Source of the DNA: Leptogorgia sarmentosa
Taxonomy: Eukaryota
Assembly (NCBI GenBank): GCA_964658305.1
Contig: OZ210885.1
Coordinates: 25,668,001-25,732,000, forward strand
Reading direction: 5' to 3'
Length of the DNA: 64,000 bases
Part shown: positions 37,359 through 51,337 of the stretch, piece by piece
How the letters are laid out: each line of letters begins with the position of its first letter
Position numbering within the stretch: position 1 is the stretch's first letter
Program-made: the position numbers and the translations under genes
Notes under the pieces: generated by a model
Told to the model about the DNA's origin: nothing
Seen by the model: the letters and a program-made list of their open reading frames with translations, nothing else
Database searches by the model: none

Positions 37359-40300
37359 TTAGGTGTTGCAGCTGCATCCTTGAACCATTTCTTCAATTTT
37401 GGCCATCAGATCAGCTTTATTGTCGCGAGATTTAAATGACAGTTCAAAATGGCTGCAAATTTCCTTCAACATTTTTACTTTAAAGGAAGACAGCTTCCTA
37501 TCATGTGCCAATTTGCATATATTGTAAATGTCATAGGTGATTGGATGACCCACGCCGATGTTGTCCAAAACATTCTGACTGATACCAGTCAAGTGCTTTT
37601 CATCTTCTTCGCATTCATACTCCTCCAAGACATCATCATCCTCAGACTCGCTCTCCATATTTGTCGCCGTTGTTACTCCCTGACCTTCCTTGGTTTTCTT
37701 AGATAATCTTGACAAGAAACTTTGTATTTGTGATTTCGTGAGCCATTCCGTTCTGTCAAACATTCTCTCACCGTTCACCGTTGAAGCAGTTCGTATGTCT
37801 TTTGCAACCTGTGCAGGATCTTCTTTTCTTCCCGTTTCTTGTCCAATATTGAACTTCGTTGACAAGTACTCACGTAACTTGGAAGAGAACCTCTTACTAC
37901 TGCTTTTCTTGTGAAGAGCCCAGCCCATACATAGTGGTTTGTGACTTGATTCTTGTGTGTTCTCTCCTACCCAGTTACTTGATGGTCTTTCTTCGCGCAA
38001 GGAAAGAGTTTCAAAGCGATGATCCCAGTCCTTCTTAAGCTGGTCGTATAGACTCTCTTTAACAGGATACGAAACAGTACTATGACCAACGATATTCAAG
38101 TGCAAGTCGAGATCAGAATGTTTTTCAAACTCTTCGTTACACGAGGGTTCAGGACATTCATACTTCTTTTCTGAGTGGGCTTCAGCTGTTGTCTTGGATC
38201 CAAACTTGCGTTCACTTGTAGGAAAGCTTGGAACTTCTTCTCTCAGTTTTGTGGCACCTTGGGGGCATCTAACGACTTTTTCTAGGGACACCAACTTCCC
38301 TTGTCCAATGTTAAAAGCTTTCCACACTCTTAACTCATTACTTGTCAACTCAAAGTTATGTAGCTTGCTGTAGTTAGTGATGGCATCTATTTCCAGCATA
38401 TTGTTCTTCTCCTCTATGGTGCAAACGGTCGCAGTGGTTCCACTGACAGGCCTTTCCTTCAACGCAGTGTGCATATCTTCAGCTGTTGCAATGTCGTGGC
38501 CTTCGTTACAATATCTTCTTATAGAAGCCTTAAGGGGACACAAAATCCTGTCACAGACATCTTTTCCTGACTGTGGCTCAGAATGGTCGTACCGTACCGC
38601 ACAAATTCCTTGGCGGTTTCCAAGGTCGCACAACGAGGAAATCAGCATGTTGTTGTGGTAACACCCTGCTTCGTCCGATCTGATATAGGCTTTAGTAATC
38701 GATGTATTATGCTTTTTGATTAACGACAATAGGTGTTCAATAATTGAAAGGACTGAGTACCAGTCTTGACGACAGCTGTTGATTAGATGAACGTACGAAA
38801 TTACTTCGAGGCCATCTGTGGACGGCGACTTGGTGAGTATGCTGCTCACGTGCCAGTTGATTCCGCGTTTTCCGAACCATTCACTTTGCTTTTCGCGGTA
38901 CTTAATTGCTGTAAATTTCATCGCCCAGTCAATGATTATAAGTGCCTCATCTTTCTTTAAACTACTAAGAATGTTCTGTTTTGCTTGATCCTGATTTTGG
39001 GCTCTCAACACATGGGCTTTCCACTCAAGTATTTTTGAGATGGCCATCTTTGCTTCGTACAATACGTCCTCCTGTCTCTCTATGCCAAACTGACCGCGGT
39101 ATAATGGAATTGCGGTTTCTACATCACGGATGGTATCTTTTAACTTCTCGCAGTCGACACATTGTGCAGCATGGTCATGTGTGCATTTTTCCTGGTAGTC
39201 AGAATCATGAGGGTCACTGAGGGCAAATGGTTTGCAGTGGTCAGGACAAGTGCTGCCATCTCCTTGGCAATGATCTCGGTACGTTGTCTTAATGTAAATC
39301 TTTCCTTGACGAAGATTCTTTCATATTTGACTACACCAATCCTTTGTGGCTCCGACAGCTTCAAGCTCATCGCTAATCCTTTGTAAGGTTTCAAATGCAT
39401 CAGCTCCATCAGCAGCGGTATTGTCAAGACCTCTCAACGACTTTTGCTGGGATGCTTCTTGTACCTCAAGGACACTCCACGTTGATGATCTGCTAATCGG
39501 TTGAAACGACGTTTCTTCACAGTATTCAAGATATTGGTTAATGATGGTACATTTAGCCACTGTGCGCACAACGTTGGGCATCACCAGCTCTTCGCCACTC
39601 TCAAGCGTAATGGAACGACAGCCAAAAGCAACGTCTGGGTAATAATATGGACGTGTTGTAAATTCAAGGAAGTGGTCAAGTTTGGTCTTGTCCATGCGAA
39701 CTCTGTGTTGTGGTTTCTTTTCGAGAAGTGCTCCTGGAGATTCTTCTGCAGCCAATGCTCGGGCTTTTTTAATTCTTCCGTCGCTTAGAATTTCAAATGA
39801 GCTGTGCATGGCTTTTATCTGCTTAGGGGAATATTCTTTAGCATAGATGCTTAATATTTGAGTTTTAAGACATTTATTCGGCGCACTTTGGTACGCGGCA
39901 AGAAGGGCTTGTGTACCAACGTCAAGAGTAACATCTGGGTTTTTTGGCCTATTGAATACTTCCTGAAACAACTGGTCCGAGTCATTTGGTGCTAACACCT
40001 CACATATCAGATGACATGCTTGCTCTGTTTTCTTGATTATGTTTAATCAGTTTTCCTGCATTCTGCCAAACTTTCCACTTGGTCTTGTAGAGGTTCTATT
40101 CTGGGTTTGCCAATAGCGTCCGACAAATTTCCAAGACAGTTGTCTAAGACTTTCACAGGTGAATATTCATCTGGTTGGCCCAGTTCTTGTTCATCTATTG
40201 TGTCGTCGATATCTCCTAAATAGTGCGAAGGTGTCCATGGGGTGTCGTCCAGAAGATCGACAACTCGTGGTGTCATTGTAACGTTCGATGCTGCAGAGAG

Positions 40301-41025
40301 TAATGTACTTGCGGTTTCTTTTGATGTCCTATAAATAAAATTGACAACATTATTATTGTTATTATTATTATCATTATTATTATTATTATTACCAATATCA
40401 TTATGATCATCATTTTTTCAGGTGTTTATTTCATACCTTGAAGTGAAATTTGTTTGCTCATGAACATCTTGAGAGACCCAAGGAAGTTCTTTGACATTTG
40501 CATTGTGCTGATTGCGACAGTTGTTGCATAGGACTAACAATCAACACAAAGTTTTGATTAAAAACAAGTGCAAATCACAGCATATCAGCGTTTTGTAGCG
40601 TTGTAGATGTATCAATTTTTCGACTCACCTGAACCAACAGGACGAAGGATTCCAAACATCTGTTGAATAATCTTTGACATCTCTAGGTTGATAGAATACC
40701 GACTTTTTGAGCTTTTTTTTCGTGATCCACTTTTATGTGTGGGATAGACGCACGCCGTGCTTGGCCGCCAAAATTTTCCTAGATTGTGACGATGTTTGGC
40801 ACATATTTTCATGGTTGCTATTGAAGCGTCATCTATTTCGAACATGCCGGCTCGTGCTAGAATCAAATCTCGCTCCGTTGACAAACCATGATGTCTTGAT
40901 AGATGGAGGGAAGCAAGGTGGCTCTCTATGCTATCTTTGAATTCAGAGAGGCAAAATAGCCCTGACGTACCCCTAGAATCGCCACATTCACCAAAAAGCT
41001 CAAAATATCGCAAAAAACACGACAT
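37359..41025 (-). pseudogene. Sola3 transposase (spliced, frameshifted)
   Basis: IDWAMKF...REKQSEWFGKRGINWH, RSDEAGCYH and SEPQSGKDVCDR; C2H2 finger CPEPSC...HLNIVGH; SLRGLDNTAADG. 5' exons at about 41025-40628 and 40536-40437. Confidence 0.9.
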
Positions 41026-41171
41026 GCTTTTGAATAGAAACTTGGATTTGAAAATATGTGAGAATACTGCATGTATTACTTTGTCACGCCCATTTCATGT
41101 TTGTCTAATGACGTTTTATGGTTTGGGGCATGGAACATTTGTAAGGATCGTAACGTAAGGATCAAAAATAT

Positions 41172-41462
41172 TGTCGGTGCGAGTCTTCGATAATATGCTA
41201 GCTCGACACCGGCAGGGATGAACCAAAACAACACTTTGTATTCGTTTGTATTATTCTTATTATCGTTGCTAACACAGTACGGTACAAAAAACGTTGTTAC
41301 TTATTTTAATCGGTGGAAAGCTAGGTTCTTATTTCGGTGTACGTTAATCGCTGAATGAATTTTTTGATTATATTACATGACATGCAAAATAGATTTCTAA
41401 ATTTAAATAAATATTCATAACTATGTTAAACATAAACAATATACATATTTTTGGCACTAACA
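41172..41462 (-). repeat. BEL 3' LTR
   Basis: TGT...ACA ends; direct repeat of 47817-48107. Confidence 0.97.
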
Positions 41463-41615
41463 TTAGGCTCCCCTATAAAAGGATTTACTGCTTTTATATT
41501 CAATATACTTTCAGTTAGTGCATTTTTCTTTTATCTAAAAACTGTCCATCCTTCTCCAAATAAAAAAAATGTCTACAAATAATTACTATTATAGGTCAAG
41601 GGCAATCAATGCAAT

Positions 41616-44600
41616 CTACTTAATGTTTTGTCCATCTGAGGTTTGGTCGTTCTCCTTCAACAGTACTAGTTTGTCAATTGGACGTTCTTGGGTGGAACAT
41701 GATAACTTGAGTGTCGCTGAACGAACTAATTTCTTCGAATCTTGCCTTACGTTAAACACTCGTGCCATAGGCCAATCATTTCTTGCAGTGTTTTCATCTT
41801 TAATAAGAACAATGTCTCCAATTTCGATGTTTCTTTTAGGCTGATTCCATTTCGTTCTCGCTTGTAAGGTTTGCAAATATTCTCTTTTCCATCTTGTCCA
41901 AAATATGTTCGCCATGTACTGGACCCTTCTCCATCTCTTTCGAAGGTAAACATCATCCTTTTCAAAATCACCGGGGGGAGGCATAACCACTTTAGACTTC
42001 ATGGTCAGAATGTGATTGGGTGTCAAAGGTTGGAGATCCGTGGCATCACCGGATGGGAAGGTTAACGGCTGGCTGTTAACAATACATTCCACTTCGATCA
42101 TTAGAGTGCGTAAGGATTCATCATTTAGGGCATGTCCATAATCGCGTAGAAGAGAAGACAAAATCGATCGAACTGTACGGATCTGCCTCTCCCATACTCC
42201 TCCCATATGCGAAGCGGCTGGTGGATTTCAGCTCCAATTGATCAACCAATCTGCGTTGAACTCTTTTGAGGAAATTTCCTGCAGTCGTTTGTGGTCCATT
42301 TCTTCTAATGCTGACTTGAGTTCCCTTTCAGCACCAATAAAGTTGGTTCCACGATCTGATCTCATTTGACGTACCGGTCCGCTCCGCGTCTTGCGACGAA
42401 TCGTCTTAAGGCACATATGAATGAATCACTCTCTAGAGAAATCGCTGTTTCAAGGTGGATCGCCCTGCTGGCCAAACATGTGAACAATACGACATATCTC
42501 TTCAACTGCTTACGGCCTTCTTTCACGAGATACGGACCAAAGTAGTCCACCGCGCAGTAAGTAAATGGTGGTGCTGGTGTGACACGATCTTTGGGTAAAT
42601 CGGCCATCATTTGCTCACCGACGACAGCACGCAATCTTCGACACCTAACGCATTTCGATATATAATGTCTAACTGCCGAGTTTGCATTTGTTATCCAATA
42701 TTTGTTTCGGAGTTCGTTTAGGGTATTTCCTCTTCCCGCATGTGCAACCTTCTCGTGACTGTGACGGATAACCAAAGTCGTAATATGACTTTTCTTCGGT
42801 AGTATTACAGGATGCATGAGATCTTCGGGCAAGCTTCTTGATTTGCTTAATCGGTCTCCGACACGTAACAGACCGTTTCTATCGATGAACGGGTCCAGTC
42901 GAAACAATGAACTAATCGTTTTGATTTTTTTCTTTTCACTTCTAATCTTCGTTCTTGGATCGCCATGGTTCTCGGCTAATACTTTTTTGAGGGCAGCAAT
43001 TTCATCGGAAAAGGAATCATTTTGAGCCAATTTCAGGATTACTATTTCAGCCTTTTCCATTTCCTCAACTGTAATTGGTCTACGTTTCTGCTCTAAAGTC
43101 CTCTTAGCATTGTTCCTAGTCAATGGAATTGCTTGCTCGTGTTTCGGCTTAAGTAACCGTAGCAACCACGCAACGACTCTCTTCACACGCGACCACTGCG
43201 AGAAGTATTCCAAACGCTCCAGTAAATCATTTTGTTCAATTATCATTAAGTTCGCAGTTTTGATCTCTAGGTCGTAATCTCCGGTTTCATTGACTGTTTC
43301 GGGATATTCTGGTCACTCGCTCTCCTGTCTCCATAAGAATTCTGGTCCTCTAATCCAGCGCTGCTGTTCGAGAAAACTGTGGATTTCCATACCGCGCGAG
43401 GCGTCATCGGCTGGATTTTCCTTGGTATCCACATATCTCCACTGATTCACATCAGTTCGATCTCTGATAGCTTGAACTCTATTGGCGACGTATGTATGAA
43501 AACGGGCTTTATCATTTTTGATGTACTTTATGACTGTCGTGCTGTCCGTCCAATATATCCCTTTCTCCGATAAGTCCAATTCTTCTTTAAGCATGGTTCC
43601 GAGTTTGGCAGATAATACAGCAGCCGCAAGCTCCAGGCGTGGTATGGTTACTGCTTTCAACGGGGTAAGACGAGATTTTCACATGAGAAAAGCACAATGA
43701 ATATCTCCTCTGTCGTTAACTTGTCGCAGATACGAGACTTGACCATAACCTGTGAAACTTGCGTCGGAGAAGCTGTGAATCTGTCTACTCACTGACGTTC
43801 CGAAATCCAGGGGTTTGAGGCATTGAGCTAAAACAAACCGTTCCAGTGCGGAAAGTTCGCTTCTCCATCTTTCCCAACGAGCACGGTATTCTTCAGGTAG
43901 GGGATCATCCCAATCGACTTTATCCCTGCAAAGCTCCTGAAGAATTTTCTTTCCAGGCAATAAAATCGGTGCCGCCATTCCGATTGGGTCATAAATCGAA
44001 CTGATAGTTGACAAAACACCTCGACGAGTCAGTGGTTTATCTTTCAAGACAATCTTGAATCCCAATTCATCTGATTCGACGAACCATTGCACCCCAAGAG
44101 CACGTTCTATTGGCAAATGATCGCAGCTCAGATCCAGGCTTCTAAGTTCCTTAGATCGTTCTTCTTCTGGTATTGTTTCCAGTACGCGACGTTTGTTGCT
44201 CGTAAACTTGGTGAGATGGAAGCCGCCCTGAGCACACATACGGGTAACACTGTTGATTCGCTCAACTGCTAGTTCTTCAGTTTTCTCAGATCTCAAACAA
44301 TCATCTACATAGAAATTTTTCTTTAAGACGTTGGCCGCTTCGGTGCCTTCTTCCCTTTTGAACTCATCTGCTGTTCTTCTCAGTGCATAATTCGAGCAGC
44401 TCGGCGAGGAAATCGCACCAAATAAGTGTACGTTCATCTGAAACTCTGTTAGATCCTGCGACAAATCCCCATTTGGCCACCACAAAAAACGAAGAAAGGT
44501 TTTATGTTCTTCTTTCACACCAACTTGGTAGAACATGCTTTCAATGTCGGCCATAAATGCGGAATGCTCCTCTCGAAACCTCGTGAGAACACCAACCAAG

Positions 44601-47600
44601 GAGTTCGTCAGATCTGGGCCCTGGAGTAACTGCTCATTCAAAGAAGTCCCTCGAAATCGGGCGCTGCAATCAAATACCACGCGTATTTTATTTGGCTTCT
44701 TTGCATGGTATACTCCATGATGAGGTAAGTACCAAACTTTTCCTTCTTCCGGTATACGATCTTCATCTGGCACTCTTCGAGCATAACCCTTTTGGAAAAT
44801 GTCGTTCATGAACTTTGTGTAATCCTGGCAAAATTTACTGTCCTTAGTTAACTTCTTCTTCAGCCAGTTAGCTCTGAGGATAACTTGTTCTTTATTCGAA
44901 GGCATATGTACATCATCGTCACGGAAGGGAAGTGGAATTACATAATGGCCATTTACATACTCTGTATCTCGCTGAATCTTTTCCATGAATCTCTTGTCTT
45001 CTTGGGAATACTGTCCCTTTTGGCAATGTCGTTCGTTGAACTCAAGTTCGAACATTTTGTTCAATAATTCAGGCGTCACCAACTCCTTAACAGATTCTTC
45101 AACTATGAAATGATGTTCTGAGGGCTTGTTTGATCCTATCTCTTGAACAACTATTCTGTGGCACTCGACTTCGTTCTCGTTGTCAGACAAATATATTGGT
45201 CCAACTATAGTCCAACCCGCAAAGGTTAGAACAGCAAAGGGGCCTCCGTTATTGCTGGCGACAAAATCTCTGGGTTCAATTGCTTGTGGGCAGTTTGTTC
45301 CTATGAGAAGACCAATCTTAACATTTTCCATATACGGATGAACTTGGTCGATGACACGCTCCAGGTGTTTCCATTTACGACACAATTCCTGACGTGGTAT
45401 TTCACTATTACATCCAGGGATTTCATCTCGAGAGAAAACCCTTGGGAGGGTGATTGAATTGGCACCATCTAAGTCAGAAACTACGAGACCATTCACTACT
45501 TTGGTATCATGCCATTTTGGACCATTCATAGTTCTAATCATCACTTTAGTGTCCGTTCCGTTCACTTCGAGCCGTTTAACTGCATCTTCTGAAATAAAAG
45601 TACCTGTACTGCAGGAATCCAGCATGGCATAGGTAATAATTTCTTTGTCGTTACTTCGTAGTCTAACTGGAACTATAGGCATTGATTCAATAGAGAATTT
45701 CACGTTACTAGCATCACAAACAACCTCATGAGCGGCAGCATAAGCGCAGCTTTTTCGCTGATTGTCAGAGATACTATCCTCAATTCTGTCAATATCCTTT
45801 GATGATTCGTTGAAATTCTTGTTCTTCATGCGAAAGTTCTCATCATGCAATCCTGTGGGATGTCGGCCTGAACAAGTTTTACAAGAACGTCTCTGGATAC
45901 ATCCACGGGATCTATGTCCAGAACCGTAGCAAGCGTAACACAATCCTCTTTTAGCTATCAAAGCCCTTCTTTCTGCTAACGATTTCTTCAAGTACACCTT
46001 ACACTCATCCAAGTCGTGCAAACCATTGCAAACGATGCATAAATTGGGCGATTCTTCTTTCGTCATTGTTGCGTTACTGGTGAACTTGGAAGTCGATCCT
46101 CTCTTGAATTTACTCTGGTCATCTTGACCAATTTTTCCTAGTGCTTGTTTTGAAAAGATAGGATCGGTCGCTATCTTTGCTTCTGTTTTGACAAAATTGA
46201 CAAAGTGTTTAAAAGCAGGGTTTTTGCCTTTTTCTCTAGGTTTCGTTACTTCTCTACGCCAACGCTGATAAAAGGGAAGTTTCTTCACCAAACACTGTAA
46301 GTTATTTGGATGGTCCAAAGTTACAAGGTATGATAAAGATTCCATGGCACTTAGGCATTGTGTCAAAAAGATTGCCAATTTTTCTAAGGCGTTGTCGTCT
46401 CCCGGTCTTAAGGTAGGCCAATCATTCACTTTCTTCAGGTATGCGTTTGACACCTTATATGGGTCCCCATACTTCTCATTCAATAACTTCATAGCTTCAA
46501 CATAACCTGCCTAAGGTTCCATATAATGACATCCTTTTATGAGGTCTCTAGGTTCTCCATCCAGATACTGTTGTAGATATTGCATGCGGGCTCCACTTGA
46601 TTTGACGTTTCTTTCAACTCGCATATTAAACGTACGTATAAAAAGGTGGTACTCTGTTGGATCGCCTTTGAAATTGGACAAGGAAAGTGAGGGCAGGAAA
46701 TTCTGTTCATGTTGTTCAGAGAGCATTTCTGTCAGTCGATTCTGTTTTTCCAATAAGTATATTAAGGGATCGTTATCCAAAATAACTCTATTTCTGTAGT
46801 CACTTGGGGGTGGTTTCCACTCAGGTGCATGGTCTGGATAAGGTTGTTGAGCTGTCTGACGAGGTGATGAAGTGGTGCCTTTGATATGCGGTGACGAGTA
46901 TTGGGGCAGTCTAACTGGAGTTCGATGGGCTCTTCTTGAATAAAACGCGGAAACAGGAGTTTGTTGCGGAATGTTCGTTGAAGAAAACTGCGGAGTATGT
47001 ATATTCTTCGTTAATTGATCGTGTAATACGTTCTCTTTCCGCACCTGACGAGTATCCTCTAAATATTCATTCATCCCATCGGCGACTGTAACTTCACGCT
47101 TTGACACGATGTCGTCTTGAATAAAGGCTCGTTCTCGAGCTTGAGCAATAGCAAGCTCTTCTTGTAATCGTAATTTTTCCGACTCATTCTCAAGTGCTTG
47201 TTTTTTCTCTAACCACGCAGTTTTTGCTTGTAACTCCGCGACCTTTGCCCTTTCTCTGGCTCTGCCCGACGTACTGGAATGTATTGAACCGGCTGATCGA
47301 CGAGACTCGATTGAAGACTTCAAGGCGCTTAACTTATCATCCATTTGCTCTTCTATTTTGTATCTAGCCACGGCAATCCAATCGACTATTTTGACTTTAC
47401 AATTATTCATTATTCGAAAATGTTCGTCATACCAATCACTCACCGGAACGAGCTCTTCTCCCGATATTAAATCACTCCACGCTTCATAAGATGCTTGAAA
47501 TTCAACCAATTGTTGACTGAATACTTCTAAATCATTTTGAACTTCGTGTATGTTGTCCCAATCGGTTATAGAGCCTTCTATTTTCTTCATTATTTTGATT

Positions 47601-47788
47601 ATACGCTTCTGTATGGATTTACAATGTTCTTTCTTCCTCTCGATTTGATATAGCCGTCCTTTGTCCGTTTGTTTTTTGACCCGTCTATTTACGTGAACGC
47701 TAATATCATCATTTCCCAGCGGCGTTAACTCCTAATCAATATCCATGTCGCTTAGTTCGCTTACCAAGCTATCAACATCCGTTGACAT
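41616..47788 (-). pseudogene. BEL/Pao gag-pol polyprotein with several premature stops and a frameshift
   Basis: FKGDPTEYHLF (gag); triple Cys knuckle; YAMLDSCSTGT (protease); WYLPHHGVY and FYVDDCL (RT); HSFSDASFTGYG and TIPRLELAAA (Pao RNaseH); HHCC, VDYFGP, SDRGTNF and GGVWERQIR (integrase). Breaks near 47732, 46511, 43679, 43313, 42385 and 42228. Confidence 0.95.
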
Positions 47789-47816
47789 ACTTCGGTTGTA
47801 ACGTTTTTTGTACTAA

Positions 47817-48107
47817 TGTCGGTGCGAGTCTTCGATAATATGCTAGCTCGACACCGGCAGGGATGAACCAAAACAACACTTTGTACTCGTTTGTATTATT
47901 CTTATTATCGTTGCTAACACAGTACGGTACAAAAAACGTTGTTACTTATTTTAATCGGTGGAAAGCTAGGTTCTTATTTCGGTGTACGTTAATCGCTGAA
48001 TGAATTTTTTGATTATATTACATGACATGCAAAATAGATTTCTAAATTTAAATAAATATTCATAACTATGTTAAACATAAACAATATACATATTTTTGGC
48101 ACTAACA
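47817..48107 (-). repeat. BEL 5' LTR
   Basis: Direct repeat of 41172-41462; gag ATG follows at 47788. Confidence 0.97.
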
Positions 48108-49872
48108 AATATATTCACATGAATTGAGGAATTCAACGTTTCGAACGTAGGTTGATCATAAATGTGCATATTCTGCTAGCAAACATTCCTGCTTGAAATG
48201 TAAATAAACGCGTACAATAATAATACCTTCAAGGTTGAACGCTTGAATAATACTAAAGCCCGGCCTTAACTTCCCAAGTTGATGGCATAAAAGTGCATTC
48301 CAAAACACTGAACAGACCAGGTATAGATGTATTATTATACAGCTATATATAGCTTCGCTACTTCCAATTCTATTCGATATAACAGACCGGTATACGCGAT
48401 ATATTAATATTTGTATATTTTCTATAAATGGAGGATATTACAAGAAATTATGTTTTATACAAGAAACAATGTTGCCAATATCTCTTCCCTTAAAACACCG
48501 CGGGAGCTAAAAATAGACCAGCAAGCATTTCAAACAATATTTCAAAATTTTTATAAGTAAACACATGAGCGGTATTGATATATAACAAAGATAAATAAAA
48601 AGTGTACAAAAACTTATATAGTAACCGTTTAAAGCACTTGAAATAAAGCTCATTCCTGGCTGAGTTGACGTCAAGGTTACCTTAAGTGTTGACATGTGGA
48701 AATGAAGATGACTTATATATCTTCTATGTGGAGAAGTCATTCGTACACGACAGAGAAAGTTTTTGTTGATATTTACTTGATAAAAGAATGTATATGTATT
48801 TTGTGTCTTAACATAAAATGTAATCAATTTGAAGTAAATCATAGAAGGGTTAGTTTCCATTTTATTTCGCTACCTATTATTTGATATTTAACTCGGCAAA
48901 TTGATAAAAAATGTGAAATGTCCGAAGTCGCTGTGCGGAATGTAGGTCAAAAGCGCAAAATGTTTTTATGGATACATTTTACACAACCTTTCATTAGTAT
49001 ATTGGGATAAAAAGTTCAAGAAAACAGCGTTGGACTTGGGAGATAAAAGTTTGTTAGCAAGGGCTAGTTTGTCATGATTTCAAAAAGCCGTAAAAGGGAT
49101 ATCACTATCTTATTTCCCCCTATATTTGGTTTTCCTCGATATTCAAAATTTTACCTCCATTTGAAACTTGAGTAAATGTAAAAGTCCGAGAAAAAAAAGT
49201 TTGGTCCATGCTTTTATATTTTGTGAGTTATGATGTAACGAATATCTGCAATTTTCCACAGAAGAAAAGTGCAAAGTCAGCAATTTATGTGGCCCACGAA
49301 AAATGAGCCGTAAAAACAATTATTTTAACGAATTTCGAAAAACGAAAACATTTTTGATTACCTACTCATGTATACCAGTTTATGGGAAAAATTTGAGGGG
49401 GAAACTATTTTCTAACCGCAAATGTGGTGGGCCGCTTTTACAGAGATTGCCTCTTAAGTCTTCTTACTGCACAATTTCAATGGATTAAAATACAAGAACA
49501 AATTTATTGAGGTTCTAATTACAAAAAAATCATTGGATGTTTGTCAGGTTAATTAACATGGCCGTGTCATCACGTTTGTTCTCGTATTATTGCCAGCAGA
49601 CAACACCATGAATATGCAATAAACTTCTATTCTTGCCAGTTATACAATATGCTGCATTCATATTATTTTCCTAATAATATTCCTATTTTTATCATAGCAA
49701 ATAATCTTTTCCTTCTATGCTTGGTTCCAATGAATTTTAACTAATTTTTTTAGGAACTTTTAGATTAGAGTCAAATAATGAGATTCTACATGTAAGTGAA
49801 ATGCAGAGACGTAGCCACGATTTTGAACCAGGACGGGCCAGCAAAAAGCAAAGGGGGCCACCCTACGTACAT

Positions 49873-51337
49873 AGATCTGAGGCCAATTTCCCTGACCCCA
49901 TGCATCTCGAAAGTAGCAGAGGAGTTCATTGTAGAGGACTATGTTAAGCCAGCAATCTTAGACATAATCGACACAAGTCAATATGGAGTAATTCCAAACT
50001 CATCAACCACTATGGCGCTTATCAGCATGCTACATCACTGGGTTATTAACTCAGATGGAAATGGGGCATCAATAAGAACAATATTGTTCGACTATCGCAA
50101 GGCATTCGATTTTATCAACCTTGTAAGGAAATTGGGAAAATTGAACATACCTAGAAGCTTAATTAATTGGATAATAGATTTTCTTACCCGAAGGAAACAG
50201 AGAGTGAAATTGGCTGATAGCTGTTACTCTGAGTGGGGCCATGTCCCGTCTGGTGTACCGCAAGGTACAAAACTGGGTCCGTGGTTATTCATCTTGATGA
50301 TTAACGATCTAGATATAAATTCACCATACCTGTGGAAGTTCGTGGACGATACCACAGCATCAGAGGTGCTTCCCAAGGGCAGCGTTAGTTTGTCCCAAAA
50401 CATGGTGGATCATGTTGTGCAATGGTCAGAAAGGAATAGACTACAACTACATCCAGAAAAATGTAAAGAATTAAGAATATCCTTTAGCAAAAACCCAGTT
50501 GTTCTAGATAAAGTTACTCTTAATGGTAAAGAAATTGAATTAGTCGAAAGTGCTAAATTATTAGGAGTAACAATAACTAACAATCTAACATGGAACGCTC
50601 ATATAAAAGAGGTCATCAAAAAAGCGAGTAAAAGACTATACCATTTGGTTCAACTAAAAAGAGCTAAGTTACCAGTTCAAGACCTTGTACTGTTCTACAC
50701 GTCATGCGTTAGATCTGTCATGGATTATGCAATACCGGCATTTTATCACGCTCTGCCACAATATTTAAAGAACGAACTAATTGGTGTGGAAAAAAGAGCT
50801 ATGTCAATTATAAATCCAGGAATGGATTACTCGGCAATTGGAGAAGTGTTGAATACCAGACCATTACAAGAACACCATGAATTTTTATGCAAAAACCTTT
50901 TTGATAAAGTTGTAAAGGATTCAAACCACAAGCTTAATGACCTACTACCTAAGGAACATAATTCACACCATGACCTTAGAAATGGACACGAATTTGACAT
51001 TCCACATTTTAATACTAATCGCACTAAGAACTCTTTTGTATTTGCGATGGCATCGAAGATGCCTTAGTAGTAATAGTTTAAGATAATTTTAGATAATATA
51101 ACTTTTAGATAAATTCATAATTTTAATGATTTAAATTATGTAAATATATTATATATTATTTTTTTTTTATAATTTTCACACTTCTATAATCAATGAATTT
51201 TTGACAAACCCCTTATTAGGAACTCTATAATAATTTAGAAATAGTTTAACTATATTAAATTAATCCTCATTTTGTAAATTTTACGTAATTCAGCCTTTGG
51301 CTGCGATGTAAACTCCATTAAACTATCTATCTATCTA
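49873..51337 (+). mobile_element. 5'-truncated non-LTR retrotransposon (CR1/L2 group) with RT ORF ending at 51067, inserted into a hAT-like MITE that starts near 49804
   Basis: LRPISLT, DYRKAFD, GVPQGTKLGP, KFVDDT and LLGVTI motifs; 3' stem-loop CAGCCTTTGGCTG and (CTAT)n tail. The annotated ORF start at 49796 is a fusion with flanking DNA. Confidence 0.92.

Larger units (their letters stand above)
41172..48107 (-). mobile_element. Full-length, recently inserted BEL/Pao LTR retrotransposon
   Basis: Two 291-bp LTRs with one difference seen; 5-bp TSD AATAT at 41167-41171 and 48108-48112; purine-rich PPT-like tract next to 41462; gag-PR-RT-RNaseH-IN domain order. Confidence 0.97.
36519..49453 (-). 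mobile_element. Sola3 DNA transposon with both TIRs (about 600-640 bp), carrying a full BEL element
   Basis: TTAA|GAGGCAATCTCTG...CAGAGATTGCCTC|TTAA, with TTAA at 36515-36518 and 49454-49457. Inverted arms 36519 to ~37150 and ~48810 to 49453. GAG/CTC termini, TTAA and long TIRs are typical of Sola3. Confidence 0.92.
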
